Below the pieces are notes generated by a model. That model worked only from the letters and a program-made list of their open reading frames with translations, was not told the DNA's origin and did no database searches. The position numbers and the translations under genes were made by a program. A DNA stretch of 64,000 bases, taken from positions 1-64,000 of the forward strand of contig MU057865.1 of NCBI GenBank assembly GCA_013265495.1, read 5' to 3'. Below, piece by piece: positions 48,881 to 61,918 of this stretch. Numbering within the stretch: the first letter of the stretch is position 1; each line of letters starts with the position of its first letter. This stretch comes from Vicugna vicugna. Lineage: Eukaryota.

Positions 48881-50119
48881 CATTAGCGGGGCATTGCATC
48901 AACCCACTAGTTTTACCTCATTTCACTGATATTTCATCCCTCCTTGGATTCTACTGAGTGGTGTGTTTATGACCCTCTCTACTGTTTGCAGTTACCTAGA
49001 GGGCAAGAATTGTACTTCATTCATTTCTGTATTCCAGAATTTTCTAGCACAAGGGCTTTGAACATAGTCCAGATTCATTAAAGATGTGCCAAATGGATAA
49101 AAAAGGATGCTCAATAAGACACCAGCTAGACCTCCTAGGAGGTCAGCTTTACTGAACACGCTCTCTTGCATCTCAGTGATGGATGCCAAAGGCTCCAAAC
49201 AAGTGCTGTTTTGAAATTTAAATTGTCATTCACATTAAAATTCTTCTATCAAGAACAGAACAGACGTAAAGTTCAGTTCTGCCCCAAATACCATTATTTC
49301 AAAAGTTAAGAGTTTAACATTTCTGAGACCATGACATAGAAATTGAATGCTACCATGACTACAAGATAATTTTCAAAATAAAGAAACCAAAGCCAGAGAG
49401 CATCAGTAGAGTGCCCTAGGTCGCACAGCCAATGGGCAGCAAACCAGTCTTACAATTCTCTGATCCCCACTGTATCTGATAGGAATACCCCTCAGTTTGA
49501 AGTTGCACAGGGAGTTGGGGCTCTCTGAGAACTATTTCCAGCTATTTTGCCATTTCTAGGAACTTGGGCAGATCACTTAGCTTTCTCTCTCTTTCTCTTC
49601 GTCTCTTTATAAAATAAGGATAATGCAGCTACTCTGTGGAAAGCACTTTGAGTCACTCTGATTAAGGATGCTATCTAAAGCGCAGGTGCCACGCCACAAA
49701 TAATTGAAAGAAATAGCAAGAGAAACCCTGCACTCAGTCATCCCAGCCTCGTGTGTCTCCTAGTCTCCCTCACGCTCCCAACACCAGGCAGGCACTTAGC
49801 CACAGGGAAGGATGAAGCCAAGCAGAGGATGCTTAACCTTGCATCAGACCTCCTCATCCTAAGACAGAAATTGAACTATTCCATCTCAGTCTCCCCCACA
49901 CACTATTTCCTAGAGTGCGTGATTACTTCCAGATCATTATTTTGCCTTTTTTTTTAATTGGGGAAATGTAACTGAACCATTTTGAAGAATATAGAGTTAG
50001 TTATAGATTTGCCAATGACCTTGGACTGTGTCTGCCAACACAGGGAAGACTGCAGGGTTCACTGATGAGGACCACTGGGCAGTTACTAGATGTATTTTTT
50101 TAGCTGCATAATTTTTTTT

Positions 50120-50440
50120 ATTAATAGGCTTTATTTTTTAGAGCAGTTTCAAATTCACAGCAGAACTGAGCAGAAAATACAGAGTTCTCACATAGCCCTC
50201 CCCACCCACACATATATACTCCCCTACCCTCAACATCCCTCATCAGTGTGGCGTATTTGTCGATGAACCAACATGGGTGCGTTATTATCAACCAAAGTCC
50301 GTAGTTTACATTAGGGTTCACTCTTGATGTTGTGTATTCTATGGGCTTTGACAAATGCATAATGACGTGTAGCGACCACTACAGTATCATACTGAGTAAT
50401 TTAATTGCCCTAAAAAGTCCCTCATGCTCCATCTATTCAT
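50120..50440 (-). mobile_element. L1MC1-like 3' end fragment
   Basis: Homologous to 20952-21300 (agagcagttt...ttcacagca...agtttacattagggttcactcttgatgtt...ttgacaaat). Confidence 0.88.
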
Positions 50441-51483
50441 TCAGTTACTAGATTATTTGAATGTCTCTAGGATACATATAGGATATATATATAGCTCCAC
50501 TAAGACAATTCAGTTAGGAGCGGATGACCACGCCCCTGGTCCAAAACTTCAGAGAATGAGTGAGTCCAGTTAGTGTTCTTCTGTACTCTGCTACAGCAAA
50601 ATACATGTGACACTGTAACAACTGTTATCCTGAATGGTTAAAATGAATGTTAGATGGCTTCACATCTAAATTCAGTAAGTATGGCTAACATAGCAAAACC
50701 AAGTTTTGATTTTTCTTCTCCAGATCTTTAGTTGATGCAATGGTAATAAGCTCAAAAATGGAATGGACAGCTCCCATTTGGAGGCTGTAAGAAAATATAG
50801 GTTTTGAGTGTTTTCCTCCAGGAAAAAATAGGGTTTCCCTACATGACAGTTTATATCACAGAGAATGGAAGAGGGGGCCACTCTAGAAGAAGAGAGGAAA
50901 CACAGTATGAGAGGGAAGAAGACAAGAAATGAGACGTGCCAATGAGAGGACTCCTTTGTACTTCCTTGCTTGTTCTCTGGAAATAATTATTTGTCTATGA
51001 CGCAGTTCCCTCCGGCTATTCCTAACCTTGCAGTAAAAGCCGTTACCCAAGATGGCCTTGGGCCAATGGTGCTTTGGGGAACTGAGGCTGGTGGTGTTCA
51101 CATTTCTTTTCTCATGGAAGTCAATATGGCAATAGCCCTAGGGAGAATGGAAATCTCCAAATTCCAAGCGGTGGTCAGCAGCAAGGTGCACGGAGCACCA
51201 AGGGGCAGCTGAAGGTGATCAGGAAGAAACCAATGAGGAAAGACGAGACAGCATTGGTATGAACTGAACCAGGAACTGATGGGAGCAAACTCCTGTCTAT
51301 TCCAGAGCTAAGTGACTTTTACCAAAAGGAGAACAAACAAGAGATTCGCATACTAATGAAATAGGCGTTATCTAGATAGCAGATACCAGAATCAATACAC
51401 TTCAAAAAGTACGCGATACATAGAACTGAAACTCTCCTCTCTGTTTATTAAAGAAAAACTCTGTAGAATGATACAGAATGATT

Positions 51484-51863
51484 CAGGGCTGGCAAACTAC
51501 AACCATGGGCCAAATCCAGCCCACAGTCTATTTCGTAAAGAAAGTTTAATTGGGGTGGGGGAGGGTAAAGCTCAGTGGCAGAGTGCATGCCTAGCATACA
51601 GGAGGTCCTCAGTTCAATCCCCAGCACTGCTATTAAAAAATAAATAAATAGACAAGCCGTATTACTGCCCTCCCCCCAAAAAAAAGTTAAAAGAAAGTTT
51701 AATTGGAACACAGTTGTTTCGCGCCCACTTGTTTATATATTGTCGATGGCAGCTTTCAGGCTACAGCCGCAGAAGTGGCTGTATCGCGGCAGAGATCACA
51801 TGGCTCACAAAGCCTAAAACAGGTGCCATCTGGGCTTTTACAGAAAAAGTTTGCTGACCCTTG
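51484..51863 (+). mobile_element. MER58A hAT-Charlie element split by a SINE
   Basis: cagggctggcaaactac...gggccaaatccagccc...ttggaacacag...caaagcctaaaa...ttacagaaaaagtttgctgacccttg; TIRs at both ends. Confidence 0.92.
51554..51689 (+). mobile_element. tRNA-derived SINE (Vic-1-like)
   Basis: ggggagggtaaagctcagtggcagagtgcatgc...gttcaatccccagcac, with a perfect 17-bp TSD aaagaaagtttaattgg at 51537-51553 and 51690-51706. Confidence 0.95.
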
Positions 51864-51884
51864 TTATAGAGGAAGGGGGAAGGT

Positions 51885-52085
51885 ACTCAGAAGACCTGGA
51901 TCCTGTCTCAGTTCTAATGACCACCTAATGTGTCCGTGGGGGAAGTCACTTAATATTTCTAAGTCTACATCTTCTCATCTGAAAATGAAGCTAATGGTTA
52001 ACACACCTGCATGACAAGGTTCTGGTGAAACTCACATGTGATTGTATTTGGAATACTTGGAAAACCCTAAAGGTTTGTGCAAATA
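51885..52085 (+). mobile_element. MIR remnant
   Basis: tcagaagacctggatcctgtctcagttct...aagtcacttaatatttct...ctcatctgaaaatg...acacctgcatgacaaggttctggtga. Confidence 0.75.
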
Positions 52086-52218
52086 TACATGGATGTTTCT
52101 ATTTAACTATGCCAGAGTACATTCTGTTGGAAATTATATTGTCCAGTGTTTTGGGGGTGAATAAGATGTTGAAATGGTCATATAAGAAGGTATAATTCAT
52201 GAGGTTTGGGGGTTGTAA

Positions 52219-53033
52219 TTTTTTTAACATATTTTATTGATTTATAATCATTTTACAATGTTGTGTCAAATTCCAGTGTGGAGCACAATTTTTCAGTTAT
52301 ACAAGAATATATATATATTTATTCATTGTCACATTTTTTTCTCTGTCAGCTACCGTAAGATCTTGTATGTATTTTCCTGTGCTATACAATGTAATCTTAT
52401 TTATCTATTCTACATTTTGAAATCCCAGTCTGTCCCTTCCCACCCCCTGCCCCTTTGGCAACCACAAGTTTGTATTCTCTGTCTATGGGTCTATTTCTGT
52501 TTTGTATTTATGCTTTGTTTGTGTTTTTTTTTTTTTTAGATTCCACATATGAGCGATCTCATATGGTATTTTTCTTTCTCTTTCTGGCTTACTTCACTTA
52601 GAATGACATTCTCCAGGAGCATCCATGTTGCTGCAAATGGCATTATGTTGTCGGTTTTTATGGCTGAGTAGTATTCCATTGTATAAATATACCACCTCTT
52701 CTTTATCCAGTCACCTGTTGATGGACATTTAGGCTGTTTCCATGTTTTGGCTATTGTAAATAGTGCTGCTATGAACATTGGGGTGCAGGTGTCATCCTGA
52801 AGTAGATTTCCTTCTGGATACAAGCCCAGGAGTGGGATTCCTGGGTCATATGGTAAGTCTATTCCTAGTCTTTTGAGGAATCTCCACACTGTTTTCCACA
52901 ATGGCTGCGCCAAACTGCATTCCCACCAGCAGTGTAGGAGGGTTCCCTTTTCTCCACAGCCTCTCCAACATTTGTCATTTGTGAATTTTTGAATGATGGC
53001 CATTCTGACTGGTGTGAGGTGATACCTCATTGT
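52219..53033 (-). mobile_element. Young lineage-specific L1, 5'-truncated (~0.8 kb)
   Basis: Uninterrupted ORF2 C-terminus plus 3' UTR and short polyA. No clear TSD found. Confidence 0.96.
52536..53033 (-). pseudogene. LINE-1 ORF2p C-terminal fragment (CCHC zinc knuckle and terminal domain); not a host gene
   Basis: TMRYHLTPVRMAII...[19 protein letters not shown]...WYIYTMEYYSAIK...HMRSLICGI*. Confidence 0.95.
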
Positions 53034-54914
53034 GAAAATTATCTGGTTCCTTGCAATTATGACATTACAAGGCAAAGCAAAATTCTTTCAAACACGAAAA
53101 TATTTGCTAACAAGCCTACTGCCTACACAACTATCCTCTCCTACCTCCCCATATTTCTTAAACTTAGACTCTATCTTTTCCACCCTTTCTGATCTACAAC
53201 CCAGGCAGCTGTATCTCGTTGGTTTGCACTGCATTCATATACAAATACGCAATGTAAAATGACTGCAAAGTGAAATCACACATTTTGCAGAAGACTCAAG
53301 ATTTCATGAGGTCTATAAAAATGATTGGGGAAAATTGCTTACATCAGACACAGACCTTTGAAAACTGAGAAGAATTAGATGAGTTAACAACAAAAAAATT
53401 AAAAAATAGATTAATGATGACAGATTAGGCGCTTCAAAAGAGAATGATTTGAATTTCAAAAGATAAAGGAGACCCCTTGGGAAATCTGATAAAGTCCTCA
53501 AATATTTATGCAAAAAAGGGCTTTCTTCACAATGATGATATGAAAGCCAAATATAAAGCAAAGGATGTGTGCTGTATGATCTTACAAGATTTTTTAATAT
53601 TCTGTCTTTGTTTTTCTTGTAAAGATAGCTCCTGGCTGTAATTAAAATATAAAATATATTTTTCATTCTTTTCAATTTCATTTTAACAAGTTTTTCTCAT
53701 AAAACTTCTTTTCATATTTGCCATGAAATCCTCTGCAGACCCCAGTACCTAATTTCCCTGACCATAATTGATGTGTTGAGGACAAGCATCCTGTCACAAG
53801 AAGAGTCAAGTCATTTGCCCTTGAATTCTGGAATGAGAAAGAAATGCATCCTTCTGGTTGCTCAGACTAACACATGCACAGCTAGGAATAGTCTGTGCCC
53901 AGATTTCCTGCCATGTGAACCAGAGATGCTGAAAAAGTTGGTCTGCAAGCAGAGAGACTGAAGAAACAGAGACACAGCAGCAAGAGAAAAGAGAGGAACT
54001 GTCCTTGGTCCTAACCGCCAACGTATTTGTGCCCTTGAGTCTTCCCAGCAAATTTGAGATACAGTCTACTTTTGTCTTCCTTTAACAGGGTTCCTTGGGT
54101 TAGAGTCTAAACCAAGCCAGAGATGCCTCTACAGACACACTGTGCCCCCTTTAGCCACCCATCCTCAGAAACCCTGGGGGATGTGTCCATCTGAAGCCTG
54201 CATTTCTCAAGATCCCCTACATGGTCCTCTTCCTTGGACTGTCCTCTGGAGGGTGACCCAAATCACTGGTGTGAAAACCCCTAGACTCAAGGAGCAGGTG
54301 CAGGGAAGCTGCGGCCACGTTGTAGGTAAAGCTTGAACTGGAGTATTTGCTCAGGCCACTTAAGGTGTCTCACACTGTAGAACAGAGGCCTGGGTGGGAA
54401 GAGAAAGGGTGTGGCTTTAGACCAGGGCCAGTGATGTGTTCAAGGATCTAAATCAGTCCCGTCATTCCAGATTACGATGAAGGTGTATTAGCCAAGGCAG
54501 GATAATAGAATGTATCAGAATTAATAGTTCACTCTCCTGATGTATAGTCGTTAAATATTTAGACACATGGAATATGAGCCCCCATTTTCATTCTTCCCTG
54601 GATGCTGTAAGTATGGGGGAGGGGCAGACCTGACCCCTTGTGACAAAGGATAACTTGGATTCAGCCACACTGAATGTGGTTCAAGCACTACCCTAGGCTC
54701 TGTGCGGGTTTTGAAATTATATGTCATGAAGTCGATGAATTTCATGAGTTACCTTCCCAGGAACAGGGACTTTCTTCTGGGCTCTGCTCCAACTGTGTCA
54801 GATATGGAAGGATCCCAGATAAAATAACAGTAAGGAGGTATGTTACACCCTGCGTGTGGGTAAATGTCTCTTGACAGAATCAATCAATAAATCTGGTCTC
54901 ACACTTTAATAGTT

Positions 54915-54970
54915 ACAGTCAGCCCTTCCTATCCAGGGGTCCCGCACCTGTGGATACGTAGGGTTGATGA
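54915..54970. mobile_element. MER2-like terminal fragment
   Basis: tacagtcagcccttcctatccaggggtcccgcacctgtggat. Confidence 0.55.
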
Positions 54971-56186
54971 CCGCATCCCCACAACCCTGAGTCGTGAGCA
55001 GGAACTATGAACCACAGACCCTAAAAATCCAAGTTATCTACCCACAGAATCTGATCCTACTAATTTGTCTCTGTTTTAGGCGTCACCTTTATGAGAATAT
55101 GGTATGTACCAACACTTTTTAATGAATTATAGGTCTGACCACCTGTAAGTCACATTTGATAAAAATCAGCAAATTTCATTTAGTCAAGGCCTAAAATGCC
55201 AACTGACTATTTTTTTTTAACATTTTGCCTGCAGTAAACTAGGGCTTAAAGGTTTTGATCTATTTATGATACACATAGAACCCAATCATAGACATAATAC
55301 TATAAAATAAAACCAAAAATTCTTAGGGTGGGAAGGCAGAACCCTAGGATCCTTTGGCTGAACTCCATCTCCACAGGGAACAAAGTTGAGCCCCAGAGAA
55401 GTGGAATAACTGGTCCAAAGTAACCACTTGTAATCAACCATCCTTACTGTATTTTTTATCCGTTTTATCCATCTTTTAAATTCCACAGTCTATTTTAAAA
55501 TAATGGCTTTTTAGGTTTCAAAACAAAACATGTCATCTAAAAATAATTCATAGAACACTGAATAATATTGTAAGGAGTCTGGAAGTCAGCTTTTTGCTAA
55601 TTGACTTTTCAATAAACATTCTTTTAATGGTTTCATTTCCACAGATATTTAGCACGAAAACATTCCTCAGACTTACCGTTTGCTTCCGGGTTTCCAAGTA
55701 GCCTTTGAAGGTGCTGCTGTCTTCCTAAAGCAGCACTCTCTTTATCCTTGGCTTAGACTATGCCTCCCATTTACCTGGCTTCAGAATGAGTAATACTTGC
55801 TCTATTTTAATAATCATATCAGGCTTTTTCTGCAATGGTCATACACATTTAGGAAAATATTTGATGGTCACCACACCCAAAGAAAAAAGTGCTAACAATA
55901 AAAATCATGTAAATTTAAAAGTAGCTAAATACCAACCATATTCTAAGTATAGCAGACATACATATACACATACCTGAAAAAAAGAAATTGATACAAAGTT
56001 TAAAAAATATCCAGAAAGTCATTATGCAAAGCGTTAGATGAAAACTGACCAGCAATCAGTTCACAGAGATGGATCGTGTAGCATCTGCCCTCAAAAGTTA
56101 GAAGAGAAGCTTCTTGAGGATACTTTACTTTTAAATACAAGAAATCACATGATTAATAAAAACATAATTAAAAATAAGAATTAGTA

Positions 56187-56731
56187 CGTTCATAGCAGCA
56201 CTATTTACAATAGCCAAGACATGGAAACAGCCTAAATGTCCATCGACAGATGATTGGATAAAGAAGTGGTGGTATATTTATACAATGGAATACTACTCAG
56301 CCATAAAAACTGACAACATAACGCCATTTGCAGCAACATGGATGCTCCTGGAGAATGTCATTCTAAGTGAAGTAAGCCAGAAAGAGAAAGAAAAATACCA
56401 TATGAGATCGCTCATATGTGGAATCTAAAAAACAAAAACAAANNNNNNNNNNNNNNNNNNNNNNNNNNNNNNNNNNNNNNNNNNNNNNNNNNNNNNNNNN
56501 NNNNNNNNNNNNNNGGTGAGAAGAGATAGATTGGGATTTCAAAATTGTAGAATAGATAAACAAGATTATACTGTATTGCACAGGGAAATATACACAAGAT
56601 CTTATGTAGCTCACAGAGAAAAAAATGTGACAATGAATATATACATGTTCATGTATAACTGAAAAATTGTGCTCTACACTGGAATTTGACACAACATTGT
56701 AAAATGATTATAAAGCAATAAAAATGTTCAA
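56187..56731 (+). mobile_element. Young lineage-specific L1, 5'-truncated
   Basis: Perfect 17-bp TSD aaaaataagaattagta (56170-56186, 56732-56748) at a TT/AAAA endonuclease site. Near-identical to the L1 at 52219-53033. Confidence 0.96.
56443..56514. other. Assembly gap (72 N) inside the L1 3' UTR
   Basis: Run of N read directly from the sequence. Confidence 1.
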
Positions 56732-57129
56732 AAAAATAAGAATTAGTATCACAGGAATTCAAGAAGGAAAGAGATGAGCAGGGGATGGAGCGCCCAATAA
56801 CAATATTCAAAACAAACAGAACAATAAAACTAGAACTTAGGTCTTAAAAGAATGAGGCAAATAAATGAGCTGTGAGGGCATTTTAGATTTCACTTGGGGG
56901 TCTCATTACTTCCTGAAGACTCAGCCCTTCCTGAAGACTCAGCTTTCCTTCTGTAAAAGTGGGATAATGGGGGTACTGCCTTCACAGGATGGGTGAGAAC
57001 TAACTTAGATGTGGTGGTCAGCACTGTGTCTAGCCCTGATCAACAGTGAACGTTAGGTTTGCCCACACTTGTGCCCTGGCAAGTGTCAGGATGGACTGTG
57101 CCATCATGTCACCCTGTCGGCCTCCCTTG

Positions 57130-57655
57130 TCTCAGAGATCCGTGCCCCTCAGTGGTACCTGGTCTAAGCTGGTTTAGTCAGAGTACCTCACTGTCTAGCA
57201 ACAGTGACTGGTCCTCAAGGGTGGACACAGGACTCAATCAAGACCAAATCAGAGTATTTTTTGAACTGAGCTTGAGGAAAGAGCCCTTGTTCACTCTGGT
57301 GACCAACTGTCCAGGTTTTTCTGGGATTGAGGGGTTTGCCAGAGGCAGGACTTTCAGCACTAAAATGGGGGAAATCTCAGGCAAACTCATAATTGTTAAT
57401 CACTAACTAGAAAGATATGATCCACAAACAGCCTGTGGAAGAAGCCAGGAGGGAAAATGGAGACAATAGAGAGAGAGCAGAAATAGAAGCAGAGAGTGCC
57501 AGTGGACTTCCAGCCTTTGGTCTGAATGGTTTTCAAAGTCACCTACTCTCTGATTCACTCATGTTTGACCACATAATGCAGCAAACTTCCCTCTGTGCCC
57601 GGGGAAATAGGTTGAGTTTTCTGTCACTTGTAACCAAAGAATCCTGGATGATACA
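57130..57655 (+). mobile_element. MLT1K/L-type MaLR LTR remnant
   Basis: caacagtgactggtcc...ggacacaggactcaat...accaaatcagagt...gttgagttttctgtcacttgtaaccaaagaatcctg..gatac. Confidence 0.65.
57296..57405. mobile_element. MER81 hAT-Blackjack element inserted in the MLT1
   Basis: ggtgaccaactgtccaggttttt.ctgggattgaggggttt...ggactttcagcactaaaa...ggcaaac. Confidence 0.8.
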
Positions 57656-58282
57656 TTGGCCCTTGGAAAGTGCTTTGTAAATATTAGCCATTAGAATTAT
57701 AATTGTGTGATTATTATTAAATTCTACCAAGAAGCTTTATTTCTCCTGGTCGATATTAGTTAAAGTGAACAGAGAACATAAAAAAAATATATAATTCTGT
57801 ACTAATGGCGACACAGTCAGAGATCACTTGGGATAGTTTGAATGATACTGTTCTTACTACTGGCCCAGAAACTATCTCCAGTATCCAAGGACACTTGGAT
57901 GGATAGGGTCCGGACAACTATTTGGATTCAGAATGGTACTAAATGGCCCCCCTTCCACTACTTGCCTTAAGGCAAGCTCCCCAGTCCCAGCCACTTTTCT
58001 GATTTCTGGTGAAAGATTTAGGTGTGCACATTGTTAAACTTCTGCTTGAGGGAGACAACATTTGCTTTTCTCAAAATGACAAAAACATAATGAAACTCTG
58101 GTTCAAAAAACAGGAAGTTTTCCCCAACCATTCCTAAAATTCAGAATTATTCAGATATAAGACATGATCCATCACTGCCCAATCATTGACCACTTTGATT
58201 ACTTTTCATTTCACAACCTATTGGACAATAATTTACTTTCCATGTAGTCTAAAACTTAAAGTAGAATATTTTCAAAAGAAAT

Positions 58283-58423
58283 TTTTTTCTTTCTTTTTTG
58301 TGTTATGAGGGGGAGGTAATTAGGTTTATTCATTCATTTATGTTTGGAGGAGGTACTGGGGATTGAACCCAGGACCTGATGTGTGATAAGCATGTGCTCC
58401 ACCACATGAGCTATAACCTCCCC
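58283..58423 (-). mobile_element. tRNA-derived SINE (Vic-1-like)
   Basis: gggggaggtaattaggtttatt...ggaggtactggggattgaacccaggacct...tgagctataacctcccc. Confidence 0.93.
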
Positions 58424-58779
58424 ATAGAAGTTTTCTTAATTCATGAAAAAATGTCTTTCTTTAAGTGTAGATATACAGTCCACTCTTTCATATTTCTTAT
58501 TTTGATTTACATATTTTTTAATACAAGTCACTCCAGAGTATCTCTGGAAGTTAGAAAATGCCATGTGTATCTATGGTTCCATCTTTGTAAAAACAAATTT
58601 ATTTAGACCAAGGGGTGATGCGTGACATCAATTTTTCTCCAAGGAAAAAAAATCTAAATTTTTGAATGCTATTAAGCTTTTGCTGGGTAGCTGCAGCTCT
58701 GTGTTCTTATTCATCCTGAGATCAGTCTGACGTGGAAGGACTCACATGGAACTTGCTAGGCTTATGTCAAAGAGAAAAG

Positions 58780-58960
58780 GCCAACAGAGAAATCCCACGT
58801 GATCTTTGAAGATTGCTTAGAAGTGAAATATATCACTTCCATTCACATTTCATTGGCCAAAGTTAAGTCATATGAAAAAGGCAATGGAGTAAGAAATTGT
58901 AATTTGCTCACTGGGGAGGGGGAAGGAGAAAATCATTTGGAACAATAGTACAATCTAATG
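58780..58960 (-). mobile_element. MLT1 (J/K-type) fragment
   Basis: tatcacttccattcacatttcattggccaaagttaagtcatatg...tttggaacaatagtacaatcta. Confidence 0.6.
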
Positions 58961-59565
58961 CAATTTATGTTCCTCTGATGGACCCCTCTCTTTTCCTTTA
59001 TCTTCCTTCTTTCCAGCAAGTTCCCACGTTCTGGCGAGTGCCATCTCCCTGCCCCATTCTCATCCACATCCCCAGCTAGGTCTTTCTTTACTGTCCCCAG
59101 CCTACTTTGTTTCTTATTCTCTGATGCCCTGAGCCTCATGCACCCCTTCCTAAATATTTTGAATTTATCTGATAAAATAAATGATCAGTCTAATGGCTAA
59201 TAATGGCTCAGAATATCACACCTCTTAAACAACATTTTTCTTTAGCAGGAATTTCAACTTATCTCTGCAAATACTTTTAAACACTAAGTCTAAAACAGTA
59301 TGCTAGGTGTTGTGCATTAAATTAATTCTCTCAAAAGTTACTTTCAACTTTAGATGACTCCTTTCTTTCTTCTTGTAGTCAAATAAATGTTAATTCCAAA
59401 GTTTTTCAGAAAGATATGCCAGGGTTGGTTGGCTTTGTCCCCCACTTAAAGAAACTGGGAAGTGTGAAGACATTTGGGACCAGCATTGACTTCGCAGAAT
59501 GCTCCAATCCAAAGTTACCCATGTCCCCAAGTCTACACATTTCACAGCAATTTTTACTTGGAATG

Positions 59566-59584
59566 TATATATATATATATATAT
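59566..59584. repeat. (TA)n microsatellite
   Basis: Read directly from the sequence. Confidence 0.95.
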
Positions 59585-61346
59585 CATTTAAGATAAACAG
59601 AACTACAATGAGATAGAGAAATTAGGAATTATAATAATTTGTTGAAAGATTTAGGAAATACCAAGAAATTAGGTGACTTGCCTCCTAAATATACACATAG
59701 ATAAGAAGTGGCAAAACATAAGATCCTCCTACCCCAGTCCAGCCCTCTTGCCCCATCCAAACACCAAATTCAATACCAGCCCATACAGTTGTCTTCCAAG
59801 GTGTTAGTCTAAAGTATCTATTTCCCAAACACTCTCCTTCCACTGCGTTTAACATACTCAGCAGATTCAAATTATCTGTCCACAGATCTTCATATAAAAT
59901 CCAGAATGAGAGTTGAAGAAGTTTCGGTAGGTAAGCTACTGCATATCTGCTCTGTCTTGGACATGCTGCCCAGGGAGTGAGTGAGTACATTTTCTCAGCT
60001 GTTTATTCCTTCTTCCTCCTCCCCACAAATTACAACAGGGCCATAAAAACAATTATGATTTGACTCGAGTGGGAAATAGCAATTTTAAATGATTAAAAAA
60101 GAGAATCATTTTTAAAAATAATTACTATCATTATTTCTTTATTTGAGAGGAAGAGAGAGATAAATATATTGTGAATCAATAGAAGCCTTGGCCCACACTC
60201 TCTAAGCCTTATTTATCTGAGTGTTGTTTATCTCCCAGAGTCTTCCCTCAGAGGAAAGAATAATAAAGCAGAATGACTCATAGCTCTTTATTTACAAAGA
60301 AATGTCTTTGGAAGGAAAATATTTTTTAAAAGCTAAAATGGCTCAAGACATCTATCGGGAATGGTAACATAGTGCATGGCTCTTCTAAAGGACAATTGAG
60401 CCATTGCCACTCGACTCTAAGTCTCACCAATGAGTCATGTTCACACCTACAAGAAACGAAGTCAAGAGATGCATCTTCCAGGAGGGACCATCCTTCTGCT
60501 TCTCATGACTGCAGGGGCAAGGACAAATCCCTCCAGAGGAAACCACTTGTCTCTTAAGATGCTTCCAGCTGAGCTGTCCCGTTACTGGGTTGTAACAATC
60601 CTCAGAGCAATAAAGGGGCCTTCAAGGCATATTTGATTCTATGGTTAACCTCTGTGTTGTTCCCACTGATGATTTAATTTCTGCTTGCTCATCTACGAAA
60701 ATGAAATTTAGCCCACTGAACTCTATTCTTAATACCTAACCCCAGAGGGGTCCCTTAGCCCCAGTCGATATTCAAGTTCCTGTCTTTCCTTTCCCAGCCT
60801 CCTCAGGAAGGTTTAAGTCTGATCCTACCCAACTCTAGCCCAAAGCCTTTAGATTCAATGTGAGGAAATCCTCATAATGTCACCTTCATTCATTTCCAGG
60901 GAAATGGGGCAAAGACTAAAAATAAACTCAGCAGGGAAACACGGTATTGAATGTACTACTTCCTGACCATCTCATTTTTCAGGAAATACTGTTTTTGGTG
61001 TATTGTGTTATACCTCACTTTGCTATCACCTCTTCTCGATCGGAATGTAGACTCTGAGTCTGATGGGATTCTTGCCCACGTGTTCAGTTGTCAGGATTCC
61101 TGATGTCAGGGGGAAACATGCAGGCAGATAAAAGGAAAATTGGTGGGAAGATTCTGACCTTATACAAGAGAACTGCCTTTAGAATATGAAGTCCAAGGGT
61201 TTTACGTAGCATACTCTTTTATGGTTCTTGAAAAAGGCAGGTAGGGCTTTGCTTTTGCGTGTGAAGCTAAGAGTACCTATTCCGTTGAAGGGTACAAGCT
61301 GTGGTTTTAGAGTGCTGGGTAGGAAGGACTCTCAGACCAGCAGAAC

Positions 61347-61918
61347 TGTTACAGGGCTGTTGCCCCAGAATCACAGCACTGCTCGTCTATTGAATGGAGA
61401 CTAACTGCTCTTATCTGAGTTTCAGGCTTAACTACAGAAGGAGAAAGCCACAAAGAGAAAAAGAACTGGTTAGAACCGACTAGCCCCAAGATGGTGGAAG
61501 ACCTGACTTCCAGTAGACCTTGAGCCTCATCATGAACGAGCATCGTGACAGTTCACAACTGTCATGGCAACACCCAGAACATCCCATACAAGAACTGAAA
61601 AGGTGTGCTGCCTCCGTTCGGAGCAAACCACGCCCTTATTCTCAAATAAGTCATAAATATCCTTCCCTCTCTTTTCTCAATTCCCTACCTTACACCTTGG
61701 CCCTCCTATACATACACGGTGTCTCAGCTTGAGTTGGGTTGAGAAGTTGATTTGTGAGCTAAGTCTCATGCCTCCATTCTCTGGCCATTGAATAAAGTTG
61801 GGGCTGTTTTGTTATCAGCTGTGTGAATCCAAGCTAGAAGAAAACCTTCCATGCCAAGGCAGGGGTTTTCAGCTGGGCTGGGGCCCACGGGGGAGTTCAT
61901 GTGACCAATTCAGTACCA
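61347..61918 (+). mobile_element. ERV1-class solo LTR, MER41-like
   Basis: tgtt...acca termini, TSD gaac/gaat, gtcatggcaacacc segment, TATA-like cctata and aataaa. It shares aactgg.tagaacc...aagatgg.ggaaga...ttccagtaga with the LTR at 635-1081. Confidence 0.8.

Noticed and set aside
52536..53075. 179-aa ORF as a zinc-finger host gene
   Set aside because: It is the C-terminus of L1 ORF2p in a 5'-truncated insertion. The first 14 residues come from flanking DNA.
56443..56514. N-run as hidden novel sequence
   Set aside because: Both sides are colinear with the L1 3' UTR seen at 52219-52540, and the gap size is compatible with the missing L1 sequence.
59886..59930. Plus-strand 45-nt exon candidate (ccacag|ATCTTC...GGTAG|gtaagc)
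   Set aside because: The splice-like signals are plausible but isolated, the peptide (LHIKSRMRVEEVSV) is unrecognised, and such matches are expected by chance in 64 kb.
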